Below are positions 11,049 to 26,600 of a stretch of 64,000 bases of DNA, one piece after another. The stretch covers positions 32,116,001 to 32,180,000 of the forward strand of contig OX597822.1 of the NCBI GenBank assembly GCA_951406725.2. The letters are read 5' to 3'. Origin of the DNA: Octopus vulgaris (Eukaryota). The notes under the pieces were generated by a model. That model was given only the letters and a program-made list of their open reading frames with translations. It had not been told where the DNA came from and searched no databases. The number at the start of each line of letters is the position of its first letter. Position 1 is the stretch's first letter. Made by a program: the position numbers and the translations under genes.

Positions 11049-11996
11049 ATATAATAACAAAAAATAATGTACATGGTACAGTACACCATGTTTTACTCAC
11101 TGAAAACCTTATTATTATAATGAAAACTATTCCCCTCAAACCATCTCTACTAATTCTTTCAAACACACACACATACACGCACACACACATATATATATAG
11201 TGTGAGTGTATACATATGTGTGGGTAAGCATTTTTGTCGCTGTATTTATGAGTTTTTGTTTGTCTTTGTCAGCTGCAGCTCTTGATGTTGATTTGTCTAT
11301 GTCACTGTGATGAAGAGTTCCGGCAAAAGTGACCGATAGAATAAGTGCCAAAACTGAAATTAGGTGTCGTGGTCGGTGTGTTCACCTAAACCCTCAATAT
11401 CGTTATCCCAGGATCAACAGAGTCCAGACACTAAGAAAAAAGAACAAGTGTACAAATAAAAAATGAAAACATAGAATGATCATTTATTAAAGGTTTGTTC
11501 CAGAATGCTCTTTTGCTTTTTGTCGGAACAAACAAAAAAATTTCGCAACCATAGTGCACTTATATACTTTTATCAGTTTAATTATTGATGACAGAGAGTT
11601 TCAATGATAGCATAGTCAACTTTTATCTATTCTATATTGCCCCAGTGCGTCTCGAGTCAAAAGCAATCAACATTTTATCTGCAACGGCTAATAAGTTTTG
11701 TAGTGATAACTTTGATTTTAGAATTCACTGGTTATGAAATATAGCTGATACGCAATCGAAAACTTAGACTGATGGAACTTGTCTTTTTCTTAGAGTTTAA
11801 AAGTTGCAATACATGTTTTCTAGTACATACTTAACATGAGAAATGAAACAAAATACATAATGAGAATGACTTATCTATCTGTAAATTCATAGATATGATG
11901 CTAAGGATAACACGAAAAAGTCTGATCTTCTAAAGCTATAGCCTTACAAGTACATAAATTCAAAAAGTATGTATGTGTTTTGTATATATATATGTC

Positions 11997-12037
<41 letters not shown>

Positions 12038-13604
12038 GTGAGTGAGAGAGAGAGTGAGAGAGAGAGAGTGTGTGTGCGTGTGTGGAAAGAAGAGGTGTAT
12101 TCCCACGCAAGAAATATAGGAGAATTTGTTTTGTGTTTTGAAACTGCACCTGAATTTGAAAATTTTAAATAGATATATTTGAAATTTTAAATTATTAAAT
12201 AGATTTATTCACATACATACCAAACTAGTTTCGACAATTTTTGTTTATCAATGGTACAAATAGAGGATTTTAAAAGAGTTTAAAATTTCGAAGTAGAAAT
12301 CGGACAAACATGATTAAACGATCAAATGATCACACGTTCACATAAAAGTCAACGTATTTTCACAGGGATAGATAATATTAAAGCAAATGTTCGGCGAAGA
12401 TTATAACAAATGTATATTATTGAAAGTTCGGTCATATTGAGCTTTTAGAGAATACGTGAACAAGACAGAAGAAAAAGGAGAGTAAAAAAATGTCTTTTTT
12501 CGTTGACATTCTCTATCATAGTTCTTTTCTTCGCGTACTAGTCTCTTCGATTATCATGCTTTCCCCCTTGTTTTATATATATTTGTACCATTAATAAACA
12601 AAAAATTTGATGAAATTAGTCTGGTATTTATGTGAATAGATCTATTTGAAAACAACTACATGTTTTCAAATTCAGGTACATTTTCAGAACCCCAAAACAA
12701 ATTTTCATATATACATACATACATACATACATACATACATACATACATACATACATACACACATCCACGCATGCACACGCACACGCACATCGAGAAGCGC
12801 GTGCTCACTGACACATACACAATCATATATACACCGGGCTTCTCTTCAGTTTCTGTCTACCAAAATACTCTCACATGTTATTGATCTGCACAGGGGTTAC
12901 AGAACAATATACGTGCCGAGCGCAGATAGAGCGAACCAGGAACCCTGTAGTTAGAAAGTGAACTTTTCCATCACAGCTCTGCATGCACACATATGGAATT
13001 AGAGCTCTGTAACCTTGTTATTGACGACGTATGCAATATCTTGACCGTTAATATCTTATTTGATTAGATTTCAATTAGATATACACTTATTTAAATCATA
13101 CGGTACCGTAAAGTGTACAGAACACTATAAATCATTTGATTTGTCCTGTTTCATGATAGCAGATCATTTGGGAGACGGTACAAGTGCTGTAATATTGAAT
13201 ATAATATTATAAGCACGACACTTAAGTAATGCATTTTATGCTGAGACAAGCGATAGATATTCTCTGTACCACTTAAGAAGAAGCAGAACAGTTGTATGTA
13301 ATTGTATTATCATTGCATAAACTGCTGTTCTGACACGGCTATTACGGTTTTGTCGATGACGTTTCGCCGAAGAAATGGATGGACAAAGTTTGATGAAAGT
13401 TAGATGGAAATAAATGTGTAAGTTGCTTGAGTTTGACGTTGTTGCTATAGATGTTTAGATCCTTTTCAGTAGCCAGCATTGGGAAAACAGAATTAATGAT
13501 TCAAAGTACTACGTTTGTAATTATCCCGTCTACGCAAAGGAAATCTAAAACTAAATTATCTGTCTAATATGGCCTTCTTTTCTAAGACGTAAGGTAAAGA
13601 TTGA

Positions 13605-14100
<496 letters not shown>

Positions 14101-14599
14101 ACGATGTGTTTACATAGTGGCCACTACGAAAACTTTATACACGCGAACTTTACATTGATATTCCTTTAGCTTTCATTTGCTTCAGTTATTGGACAGCAGC
14201 CACGATGGGGCATCGGCCTGTAGGGTTTAGACTAAGAAATCGACCCTAGTAATGACCTTTCTGTCTGTCACAGTTGCAGAAGCTCTAAACTATGGGAACG
14301 GAAGCAAACCAAAACCAGTTGTTAGGCGGAGTTGGAAAAGAAAAACGCACTGATACAAACACGTTCACATACCCTTAAATATGCTTTATATGTAAACTCA
14401 TACACAAAAATACACAGACGACAGGCTTCGTTGAATTTCTGTTCAACAAATTCTTTCACTAGGAAGTAAATGACCTGTGGCAATCGAAGAAACTTACCCA
14501 AGCGATGTACAGCAGAATTGAACTGAAAATTACAAGGTTCCAAAGTGAGCTCGTGAACTACGTAGCTATGCTTGCACCTATATTAAACATTTCATTTAC

Positions 14600-14798
14600 T
14601 TTTTTACTCCTTTACTTGTTTCAGACTGTGGCCATGCTGGTGCACCGCCTTTAGTCGAGCAAATCAACCTCAGGACTTATTCTTTTGTAAGCCTAGTACT
14701 TATTCTATCGTTCTCTGACGTAAACACGCCAGCATCGTTTGTCAAGAGATGATGGGGGGGACAAACACAGACACAGACACACAAACACAGACACACAT

Positions 14799-14859
<61 letters not shown>

Positions 14860-15025
14860 CATATATCTGACGGGCTTCTTTCAGTTTCCGTCTACCAAAT
14901 CCACTGACAAGGCTTTGGTCGGCCCGAGGCTATAGTAGAAGACACTTGCCCAAGGTCCTACGCAGTGGGACTGAACTCGGAACTATATGGTTGGTATGCA
15001 AGCTACTTACCACACAACCACTCCG
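14600..15025 (-). mobile_element. SINE family A
   Basis: Same consensus with internal (CA)n; an older degenerate copy lies at ~14170-14580. Confidence 0.85.
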
Positions 15026-15830
15026 TTTAACTTTGTACAATTCAAAATAATAAAATCTGAGTTATTATATTAGTAGTCTTCAAGATATTTTCTACAATGC
15101 TTTACAAACCTTGTCCTACGGTTTGCAGTTTCATTATTAATGTAACCTGGTAACAGTGACGCAGAACCAACAATCATAAGAGGAAGAGAGAGGAAAATAG
15201 AACGAGAGAGAGGGGGATAAAGAAAGACAGAAAGAGAAATGTTGATACAACTGTTATTTATTCTATGGTTCTAGATGTACGAAAGGCAAGCTCGACCTCG
15301 AATTCTGAAAGTAAAAAAAAAAATGCATAAAGGTTGATAGCGATTTTTGCCAAGCATTTCCATTCTTGCGCTGTTCAGTATTCAATGCTTAAAATAAATA
15401 ATGAACATTAAAAAAATATAGAAAATAATTGGACAATAAAAACATTTGTGTTCCAAATTTTTTCAGAAATGAATTAAAATACAAAAATCTAATTCATTAA
15501 CTTCAATATCTTTTCATATTTTTACTCAAAGAAATGAATTTTTCGCAATTTAATTAATATAAAATATTTTTCATTCTATTTAAATTTCGTAAACGTAAAA
15601 GCCATTGACGAAGTCGTTTAAAATGTTCTATTTTTTAAAGTTATTTTTAAAATCATTTCTCATTATTATACGGACGAACGCCTACGATGAGAAACATTTT
15701 CGTACACAAAGATGCGTGGCGTGCTCACACAACTCCTATGTACTAATAATATATACATATACGTATACAAACACACCTATATGTATGCAGGTATGTATGT
15801 ATATATGCATGTTTGCATATATATATATAT

Positions 15831-16200
15831 AGGCGCAGGAGTGGCTCTGTGGTAAGTAGCTTGCTTACCAACCACATGGTTCCAGGTTCATTCCCACTGC
15901 GTGGCATCTTGAGCAAGTGTCTTCTACTATAGCCTCGGGTCGACCAAAGCCTTGTGAGTAGACGGAAACTGAAAGAAGCCCGTCGTATATATGTATGTAT
16001 GTGTTTATGTGTTTGCGCCCCCCCCCCAAAAAAAAAAACAACAGATGCTGGTGTACTTACGTCCCCGTAATTTAGCGGTTCGGAAAATGATATCGACAAA
16101 ATAAGTACTAGGCTTACAAAGACTTCCTCGACTAAAGGCGGTGCTCCAGCATAGTCCCAGTCAAATGACTGAAACATGTAAAAGATAAAGTGTAAAGAAT
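15831..16200 (+). mobile_element. SINE family A
   Basis: aggcgcaggagtggc...aaggcggtgctccagcat...gactgaaac. Confidence 0.85.
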
Positions 16201-17048
16201 ATACGTGTGTGTGTATCAATATATGTATGTATTTATGCATGCATATATATGTGTGTATGTATCAATACATATATGTATCTATATCTCTATTCATGTATGT
16301 AACGTATGCATGCATGTATGTATGTATGTGTGTATGTATATATGTGTGTATGTATGTATGTATGTATGTATGTATGTGTGTATGTGTGTATGTGTGTATG
16401 TGTGCGTTCGGTAGTGCGGCTTTGGTATAGGATTCTCAAAGTTGTGATCTGACCCAGATTAGCAACATGGTTAGGTTCCCAGGTACAGGTTAACTAGCGG
16501 GTGACGATAATCTTTCTGCGTGCGAAGAAGCAGTAATGCTCTTGCTTAGTGTCAAAGTGCGCAGTAAATCCACTAGGAGTGAGAGAGCACTAGCTGGTGT
16601 TACAGCATTCTTGTAGTAGATGGACATTCTGATGAACAACCTGTACTTTCACGTGATTACTAAATCACAGCGCTTTCATCTGTCACTAATCAATAATCAC
16701 GGAGACTCTGAATGTGACACTTCTCTTGTACAAGCGTTTATCTCTACAATCCAATGACGCAAATTTTTCTCTTTATATCAGTCTCATTTATCATTCCATC
16801 TGATGAAAGTCCTATAGCAATGGAAGAGTAGTGACGTGTGCAGACGTCACTATTTTAAAATGCAGAATATGTTACAACTGTTGTCTCTCACTTACACTGC
16901 AAATCATGCGGGACCGCAACAGAAGTGAATAGTCATCTGAGAGGTCGTGGGCTGACAGTCAGGAATACAAGTGAGAACAATAAAGCACAAAGTAATGACT
17001 ATCATTTGTTAAGATGGAGAAACCACCCTTAATTGAATACATACTTGC

Positions 17049-17225
<177 letters not shown>

Positions 17226-17285
17226 TGTTTGTATGTATGTATCTATGAATTTATCTCTAGAAAATATATATATAAATATATATAT

Positions 17286-18525
17286 AGTTGAAGTTTACGG
17301 AAAAACCAAAAAATAGGTGTATGAATAACAGGCAGCTGTATCAGTTTGACGCTCGTGAAAGTGATAAAGTCTTATGTTTCGAGCCTACACACTTCAACAG
17401 AAAGAAATAAGAGAAAACACATAGAGAGAGAAAAAAACTTGTAGATTTAGTGATGAAGCATAGCGACTGGTATGCCTGAGAAAATAAGGTTTGACGGTAG
17501 AGGTGTAATGAAGAGGAGATAATAAAGTATTGGTGATCCGAAAACGAAGATGCGCGTGCATGTGTGTATGTAAGAATGTGTAAGTGTGTGCGTGGATAGG
17601 GACTAGTGATTTTGACGTGTGGATGTATGCGTAAGTATGTGCGTCTGTAAACTGTGGCTGTGTGGATGATGGTGTGTGGGTGTGCGGATGATGGTGTGCA
17701 GTGTGAGTGATGATGGTGTGTAGTGTGAGTGATGAGATGTCAGTTCTAGTGTGTGCGGAGTGGTGTGGGGTGTGGGGGATGTGGTGTGGGTTGAATGTGG
17801 GGTGGTGTAGTGTGTTGTAGGGGTGGAGTAGGGTGGTGTAGGGGTGTGTGGAGTAGGGTGGTGTAGGGCTGTGTGGAGTAGGGATGGGGTATGTGGCAGT
17901 GAGGTGCGTGTGGGTGCGGTGTGTGTGGAGGGAGTATCAAAGGAAGTGGAAATGTGAGTAGGACTGAAGAGAGGAAGGAAGTGTCAGAGGAAGAGAGGAG
18001 AGGGTAGGATTGAAGAGAGGGAGTAGGTGTCAGATGAAGAGAAGAGAGGAGCGGAGTCAGATGAAGAGAGGAGGTGAGTTGAGCCGTTCACGGCGACGGC
18101 GGGAAACCGGATGGCCTCTGTGCAAAGACAGTCCGAACATTGACAGGTGGGAATCCAGATGGCCCCTGTGCAAAGACAATCCGGACACTGACAGATATTG
18201 TAAGGAGTTTAGAGCGGAAACGGCGCGAGACCGGGGTGGCATTGCCGAGTCTGATGCCTCGGAGGTGCTCCGCGTACCGGTCAGCCAAACGGCGTCCAGT
18301 TTGACCTTTGTAAAGAGAAAGGCAGAAAGAGAAGGTGATGTAGTAAATGACACTGCAAGAAGTGCAGGCAAAGAAGTCGGTGATATGATAGGGACGATGA
18401 TGAGTGCCTGTGAAGAGGATGGTGTTGGAGAGGTAGTGGCAAGTGCGGCAGCGTGGGCAGGAGCAAGGGAATGAGCCAGGTTGGGATGTAGTGTTAGGGA
18501 AGAAACTGTGGACCAAGAGGTCATG
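17286..18525 (-). mobile_element. 5'-truncated Neptune-like PLE (Cys-rich linker, GIY-YIG, 3' UTR/pLTR) ending in (TA)n
   Basis: ORF 18088-18516: CSCPRCRTC...FACTSCSVIYYI...LYKGQTGRRLADRYAEH. Contains an internal ~48-bp duplication, a degenerate HHR at 17369-17404, and a 3' end shared with 44900-45032 and 53200-53358. Confidence 0.85.
18088..18516 (-). pseudogene. PLE GIY-YIG endonuclease fragment
   Basis: VIY...YKGQTGRRL..R..EH motif, with the frame disrupted downstream. Confidence 0.8.
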
Positions 18526-18578
18526 TAGGCTGCGGGTTCATTTGTGTATAATATATATATGTATGTATACATATGTGC

Positions 18579-18623
<45 letters not shown>

Positions 18624-18841
18624 TCTATTGTTGTGTCTGGGAGAGTCGTTCCCTTTTAATGCCTTATTATTTAACACACTCACCGGTTTAATTTCCACTC
18701 ATTTACTTATTTATTTATTTTTTAAATAGCAACGTTTTCAATAGTCGTTTATATATGAATATAACACATGAATTTATTTTATAGACCCGACCCTGTGCTT
18801 TACAATTTCATTACCTGATTCACTCGAATCTTGATGTATTA

Positions 18842-18959
<118 letters not shown>

Positions 18960-20990
18960 GCGTTATGTGCGTATTTTCACAGGTGCGTGTATGGCTGTAT
19001 GTGTGTTAGTGTATGTTTTAAAGAAATTTTTTCCCGTTAGCGAATGTATCTGATTCATGCATGCTGATGCAATTGGTTTTTCAGAAGGTGTGTGCTGCTT
19101 CTACTGCTGCTTGCCATTGCTTGATGATAGAAATTATAATCATTATTCATTTTTATTGTATGTTACGCTATTTCTATTTGTTATTGATTACCTGCATTTA
19201 TCGCCATATTACCGTACCTAATATAAATATATTAATAATTTATTTCGGATATGCATTTCTGATAAATTAAATTGACTGCTTTATTTTGAGCAATGAATAT
19301 GTCAATTAACCTTACTTATTTTCTCAATGCTATTTAGTAGTGCACTTACGTAGCGTGTAATTATTATATAATCCTAGTTTCCATTCCCAGGTTTCGTAAC
19401 TAATTAGAGAGACGAATATTTTTAAAAATACGTGGGTTGTTAAGAGTTGTTTCTTTCAATAAATTGTTGAATTACACACTTCATGGAATACACTTTCCTT
19501 TTCCCGTCGCTTTAATTTAAACGTTCGCTACTGACAGATCGATACTGAACTAAGAAATGATTGATTAGTATGAGAATGTTTTCTTCAAGCTGGATGTGCA
19601 GCATTTTTCACTATAAACAGCTTCTTGTGGTAGTGTATCTCTGGTCGTCTTCAGGCAATTTTGGTTTAGCTGGATTAGGGAATAAAGTAGAAATATTATA
19701 TATCTGCTGGGACGGCTGCTCTAGCCGCTGATAAGAACAATAAACGTAAAATATCGAAACTTTCGACAGCTAGGAATCACATCAAAAAATCGTTAAAATA
19801 TATAGAAAAAGGAGAGCGAAGAGATCTGAGATAGTATGAAGGTGGATTGGAGAATACAAAACCAAACCAAACAGTATTTATCTGAAACTCGTTGAGAAAT
19901 GAAATTACTTGAAAGTATATACGTGTGCGCGCGACCGCGTTTGGTGCATGTACATACATATATACGTACATACATACATACATACATACATACATACATA
20001 CATACATACACACATACATATATACATACATATATACATATGTATATACATATATACATATGTATATACATATATACATACATATTTTCAGAACTTTATC
20101 ATTTAACTATATACACATATATATGTATAGTTATGCAGTTATATTCATGAGAATGCAAACATAAAACAAAATAAACAAATCTGCATATATACCTACATAC
20201 ACACACACATACATACATACATACATACATACATACATACATACATACATACACATATACATACATACATACATACATACATACATACATACATACATAC
20301 ATACATACACACATACCTACATATACATACATACATACATACATACATACATACATACATACATACACACATACATACATACATACAAAAATACCCTGTT
20401 GATGTTGCTCAAATTCCAATAGAGGAGCCTTGGATCTAGGTTTAAACCGGCTTTTTCTCTATTGGCAAGAAATCTTGAAATAAAACTAAATAACGACAGC
20501 ATGTCTAAATATGCAAGCATACTCATGAGAAGACATACATAAAGAAAACATACAAATCTGAACTATACGTACATACATCCACACATCCATACACAATAAT
20601 ATACATTCATATATAAATATGTATATATTTGTGTGTGCATGTATGTATATTTGAATGTGTGAAACTATAACTCTGTTTGTTGGCTGAAGCAATAAACAAG
20701 GGCTACGAATCATTGTCTGGTGTGCTTGTGAACAACAAACACTGCTATGTCGATACACCTAATATTCCAGAGTCCGTTATGAATTGAATGTGATATGATC
20801 ACACATTCGTTACCAAGGAGAATGTTTTCTGTGACAAAACACAACAGCACTTAGCACGTTCAGACTTATTCAAATATGTATGCATGTCTCTTTTATTTAT
20901 TGATTATTATAAATATTCCACTGAGGAGGTAGCCGGTTTCCAACACAGATACAAGTCTCCATCATTGGTATGTAGTTAACACTAACAAGT

Positions 20991-21530
20991 TTATATTTGG
21001 AACTTGAACAAAGTCTTGCATATTTTTACTGTTCCACTCACAGACTGATCTTGCAATGTACGAATTATCTTTCTGAAAATCCGTTTATCCAGATAGTCCT
21101 CTAAACATTTACTAATAAAACGTAGTGCTCCAATTATTATTGGTAGGAATATGAATTCATAGTCTGGATATAGAAGCTGGATGATTCGAAGCACTTGTTC
21201 ATTGATATCCTCTTTTTCTCTGATATTTAAAGAGATATTTATATCTGCAGGGCAGCTGACCCCTATGGTGGTACATACCTTTGTCCTTCCGTCCCAGACA
21301 ACAATATCCGGCTTGTTGTTTACATTTGGCAAAAGTTTTAATGGGAATATTCCACTAATATTCCTTGAGTTCGTGTTTATGAATGTATTCCCTAATAGAA
21401 TGATGTTCTAAATTTATTTCAAGACAGTCTTTTTTGCGGATGGCATTGTAAATTGCTTTAGAAGCAACATCGTGCTGCATAGAGGGGTATTACCGTGACG
21501 ACATTTCAGGACAGCTGCTAATCACATGCG
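20991..21530 (-). mobile_element. RLE-type (R4/Dong-like) LINE 3' fragment
   Basis: NKPDIVVWD...IGVSCPADINI...EKE...FLPIIIGAL (PD-D/E restriction-like endonuclease); H.ISSC and HDVA remnants upstream. Confidence 0.8.
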
Positions 21531-21719
21531 TTATGTCTTCCTCAAAAACATGACATGGCCGAGAGATGCGGTCGCACCATGGGATTACAAGAGCGCCTAT
21601 GTATATCTTGTTCACAAGGTACTTTGTGGCGATGTCCTGCTCTTTGATTGCAAACGCGTAGCCACAAAGTGTGATGTGATGTATTCATGTATGTATGTAC
21701 GGGTGTATGTTCAAGCCTT

Positions 21720-22530
21720 GTGCTATCAGCATGGAAAACTAAATGCAATCCCAATTAAATTCAATGAACACCGAGGGATTGTAATCCAAGAGACACAGTC
21801 AGTGCGAGACCTGGGCATTTACATGAGTAATGATGCATCCTTCCATGTGCATGTTGCTAAGTTTGCAATGAAATGCAGGCGGCTGACCGAATGGATTCTT
21901 AGAATCTTTAGAACGAGTGATCAGAAAACCATGATGGTTCCCTGGCGGACATTATGCCGCTTTACCTATTGCTCCCAGCTCTAGTCACCAACCAGTGTAA
22001 AATTAATTGCAGAACTTGAGGCAATACAACGAAGCCACACGAAGAAGATAGCCTCTATGTAGCATATAAGCTACTGGGAAAAACTAGAGAGTTTGAAACT
22101 TTATTCCCTAGAGCCTAGGCGTGGAAGATATGTCATAATATACATTTGGAATATCCTAGAGAGATTTGTCTTAAGCTTTCACATCGTGAGTTATACTAAT
22201 ACTAGAAAATTGCCATCAAGATATGGGGCAAGGTATTGCAACATCCTGGGCTTTAAAAGCCAACATCTCTTCAATATCCGCCCGAAGGATCTGAGCGACC
22301 TACATGGGGTGGACGTAGGTGTTTTCAAGACGAAACTGAACCTCTTAATGTCAAGTATCCCAGATGAACCAACTTCACAGCAGGAAGTGCCGATGAGGGA
22401 AGCGGCATCAAACTCCCTCATGCACCAAACGTTAATTTCTAAAAAGAATTATTGAAGTAGTGTAGCATCATCAAATGGCGGTGTCCCAGCATGGCCATAG
22501 CTCATGAACTGAAACTCGATCAAATCAAAT
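21720..22530 (+). mobile_element. CR1-group LINE 3' fragment, degenerate
   Basis: VRDLGIYMSND...WILRIFRT...YCSQL and LYSLE.RR.RY.IIYIW...FKTKL...IPDEP; homologous to the ORF at 40459-41772. Confidence 0.85.
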
Positions 22531-22539
22531 TTGTATATG

Positions 22540-22570
<31 letters not shown>

Positions 22571-22610
22571 ATATTATGAGAACATATGATAAACGCAACT
22601 TTAGAGTATT

Positions 22611-22709
22611 TGTTTCTACGTACGTTTCAACATTCTGGTTGCTTTTAACTCTGGCCTGGATGTTCTAAGTGCAGTGGGATGCTTAATCACAATGGATCGT
22701 CAGGTAACA
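22611..22709 (-). ncRNA. Possible degenerate hammerhead with long stem II insert
   Basis: tgttac-CTGACGA-(~68 nt)-GAAAC-gtac-GTA-gaaaca, close to (TA)n. Stem I has one mismatch and stem II is poorly paired. Confidence 0.45.
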
Positions 22710-23346
22710 TTTTGTCTCACATTGTTGCAGAGGACTAACGTAACATATGCCAATAAAGTGTACGTTGATTATCCGTTTTCGTTATGCTTCCAATTGCATT
22801 TAAATCATGTAATACAGCGTTCCAAAGAACTTCGATTGTGGAACATACGGAAGAATGAATAATATAATCTTGTTTATCGCAATGTGTATATCATCGCTAG
22901 TAATACTACAGAGTCTAGTAATAGCTTAACAACTAGACTTGAAGCAGGCTGGGCAAAGATAATCTATGTGTATCTCTAAGATAACATTAGCAGTCGTACA
23001 TCTCGTTGAACAGAAAATAGAGATAGAGAGAGATATATGCATACATACATACATATATCCCTATGTGCGCACCGGGTGTGTGTGTGCACGTGTTTGTACG
23101 TGTTGTGCGCGTGCCTGCGTGTGCGTGTGCCTGTGTGTGCGCCTATGCGTGTCTGTATGTGAGTGAGTGTGCGTGTATTGAGTGAACATACATGAATATG
23201 CAAGCGCGCATATATTCACAGTCCTTATTTAAGATAATATTGCTTAGGAAGAATCTCTGACGACTGTTCACTAAAGTAGTTGCAGATTTAGACAAATTGC
23301 TACATCTAGTTCAGCTCCACTGATCTGTTATATATATATATACATA

Positions 23347-23416
<70 letters not shown>

Positions 23417-23462
23417 TACATATATATACGCACACACACACACACATAACACATGCATACAT

Positions 23463-23517
<55 letters not shown>

Positions 23518-23632
23518 GAAATAGAAAGATGAATAATCTTGTTGCAGATTAATCAAAAGAAACACGTGTAGAATGCAATAAAACGATTTCTGTTCAATCT
23601 TCGTTCAACTCCATTTCTTCAATTCACTAATA

Positions 23633-23671
<39 letters not shown>

Positions 23672-26600
23672 ATGTATTTATGTATGTATATGTGCGTCAT
23701 AATGTACCAAATTGAATACTTTCGTTCGGTTTTATAATTCTGAAGAAGTTATTATTCTTTCTGTTTTTCTTTTTTTTTTAGCATATTATCCATACGATTT
23801 TTCATTGGTGCGATATGAGGTGTGAGCGATACGTGTCTTTTCTGAAATGATTGCTTCTTTCAAAATATCTTCGTAGTCATCCATCATCGGAAGAACAATG
23901 AAATAGCAATATTAGCAGCTCAATAAGACTGTCTATGCATGAGTTTAGATGGAGGTAATGGGCTGTGCTTTTGCCTCTTGTGTAGTGTAATATTCAGTTT
24001 ATTGATTATGCTTTCTCTCTCTCTCCCATCTCACCTTCGTATTTCGTGTTATCATATTATTTTAGGTTGTCCTTTGTTGAGTGTGTTATACCTACATTAA
24101 TTCACGTTGAGAAGTGGTCGTTTACATCAACACAATCCGTTTTATTGCCATAATTTCCTTCATATTCAGTTCCTCTTCAGAAAAATGAATATATTTTAAT
24201 GCAGTTTCAAGGCTATATTAATTACACAATCTCTTTTCTAATATCCGACCGTTTCCTCATGAGGGGTTACTCTCTTTAAAAATCAAGTAAGGATTTCGTT
24301 CAGAAACTGGATAGCGTCTAGTTAATTTACTGTTTTTATTATTTCTATTTCCACCTCCACCTTCAGGTAGGATGATCAAAATATTTTACAGCTATCCGTT
24401 ATGTTAAGTTCAACTTCGAGCTCCAGTCTTTTCAGCGAAAGGAAAGGGAATTTACCAGACTAAATATTCATCTTTACTTTGTGACTGAAATTGTTGTACA
24501 TTAAGATTTCTGTCAGAGTAACTGGATGTACTGATGTGGATGTGGAAGTACATAGGTAGATTTCAAGTGCCAGGCCAGGAATATTAGAAGACTTCAGATT
24601 TAATATGAAAATGTTAAAATTAAGTATGATAAATTATCGATGACTGGATATTAGCCGCGTAATACAACAGGCCAGGGAGGGATAGCATATGCCGCGGGTA
24701 TATCACCATCCAGTTGAAACCGCCAGATGTAATTTATAAGAAACGTATTAGATAGCACTATGATTGCGAAATTTGCACATAGTCTTAATATATATTTGCA
24801 GTAAAATCATGACAATAGATCAATAGTATTTCTCTTGACAAAAAGGTTCTTTTATGTACAGGTTAACGCTTCTTCTGAGAGCAGATAAATGGCACACATA
24901 TTTATTTTTTTGGAATTACGCTTGTAGATGCCAAATGATGACATATTTTTCACCTCTGTGTCTCCTGAAATATCGGTGACTCATATTTTAAAAAGAAGAC
25001 TGAGCAACGTAAAAAGTATTTGCAGGATGAGCGTGCTTTCAAACCAACGATGTATTCTAAACAATGTGTGGTATCTGCCTTACAGCTTTGGGCCACAAGT
25101 AAGCTTTTAAAGTGATAGTCATTCCAAACTGCATGAAGTGAATATTGTATGAATATACAGAGACCTCTAACATATTCATAAAATAGGATTTGGACTAGAG
25201 ATCTTGATTCATACAATGTGGTTTATACCTAAAATTTACAATGCACTTTATTATATACACGGTTGTGTATATAATATAAGTACATATATAAGTACATTAT
25301 ATACAATGTACTTTATTATACACACGGTTCACTCTTAAATTGTTGAAGAGCTACCTCAACAATAGCTACCGTTATTTGCTATTTTTAAAACTCTTTTGAA
25401 GCTATCAACAAAACGTTCTGCCTGTCCATTAGATCTGGGATGGCATGGTACCGTAGTTATATGTTCTATGGCGAACATTTCACATTTTTCTTATTCATTA
25501 AACACAAATTGGAATTCATTATCATCAATTACTTGCTCTAGGTATTTGATTTTTATTCAGCAAGAATTCACACTTTTCGTCCACACACTGCACGACTGGA
25601 CGTCGTACAGTGTTATTATCTTCAAAGGGTTGGATTGTTATAACGCCCACACAGTGGCTTTTATGTAAACCATGGCGTCTGTTAATATTTAACAAAAGGG
25701 AGCATGTGCAACTAAAAATATCGTTCTCCCTTGTTGAAAAATCTGTACAAGCTCTTCAAATGGTATTGCCCATCCTGCGTGGTCATTCTTTTCCGTTATA
25801 CCAAAACTCTCCAATCTTTCCAGCTCTTTGTTAACTTGATCTATTGCTGCAAACTGTACATTTCTTTTTGGCCTACATACAGGTGTTTGATGTTTTATTT
25901 CGACTTTTTGTTTCAATCCTCCGTCCTCATTTTAACCTTCGACTGAGGCGAGCATATTTCTACACAAAACACATACGTGTATCCCATATATTCAATAATT
26001 ATATCCACTCTGTGCCATATAAATTAAGTGAATGTGTTAATATATATATCTTAGCATTTTTCGTTTGACCTCAAAATGTTACTCTACATACGCATTCACT
26101 GATAAAATATAAACTTTTTTCAGTAGTACTATGTGGTGCCTTTTTTAAATTTAATTAATTTCGGCTTATCGATGTTTTTCGTTTGTAATAGTCATGTCAC
26201 TACCGGTGAGGAACTTCAATTTTACACTTGTACTTTTAATTTTCACATTTACGAATTTTATGTTCGTTGTATTACTCATTTTTTTCGATGAAAATTTATA
26301 ATTTTTTTTTCTGACGTTTTATCGTCTTCGTCTTACAATGCGTCTTTACATGTCCCATATTACCACAACTAAAACACTCCGCTGTTTTTAAATGGACAAT
26401 TTTTCCTAAGGTGCATAACACCACAGGCAAAAAATGGGTTTATACCCTGATGTTTGTCGTGATTTTTAGAAAATACTTATTCTCTATTCAAACACATCCG
26501 CACTGGTTTTACTTGGACACAATCTTTACGTCCAATCTTCTCAGTGTCGTGTCGTAATTTAAGTACCCTTTCACATTCTTCAGAGACATTTTGCAGGGTT

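Noticed and set aside
13345-13400. GAAACGTC on the minus strand as a hammerhead
   Set aside because: No CUGANGA box or stem I upstream.
18010-18698. 154-aa (+) and 213-aa (-) ORFs
   Set aside because: Antisense or alternative frames of the PLE endonuclease fragment plus microsatellite.
19560-19745. ICWDGCSS resembling a DDE transposase SDGC motif, or a host exon
   Set aside because: Too short, surrounded by stops, and no supporting motifs or clear splice signals.
23515-23640. GAAAC-acgt-GTA before (TA)n as a hammerhead
   Set aside because: Possibly the 3' half of a truncated PLE HHR, but the CUGANGA box is missing, so it was not called.
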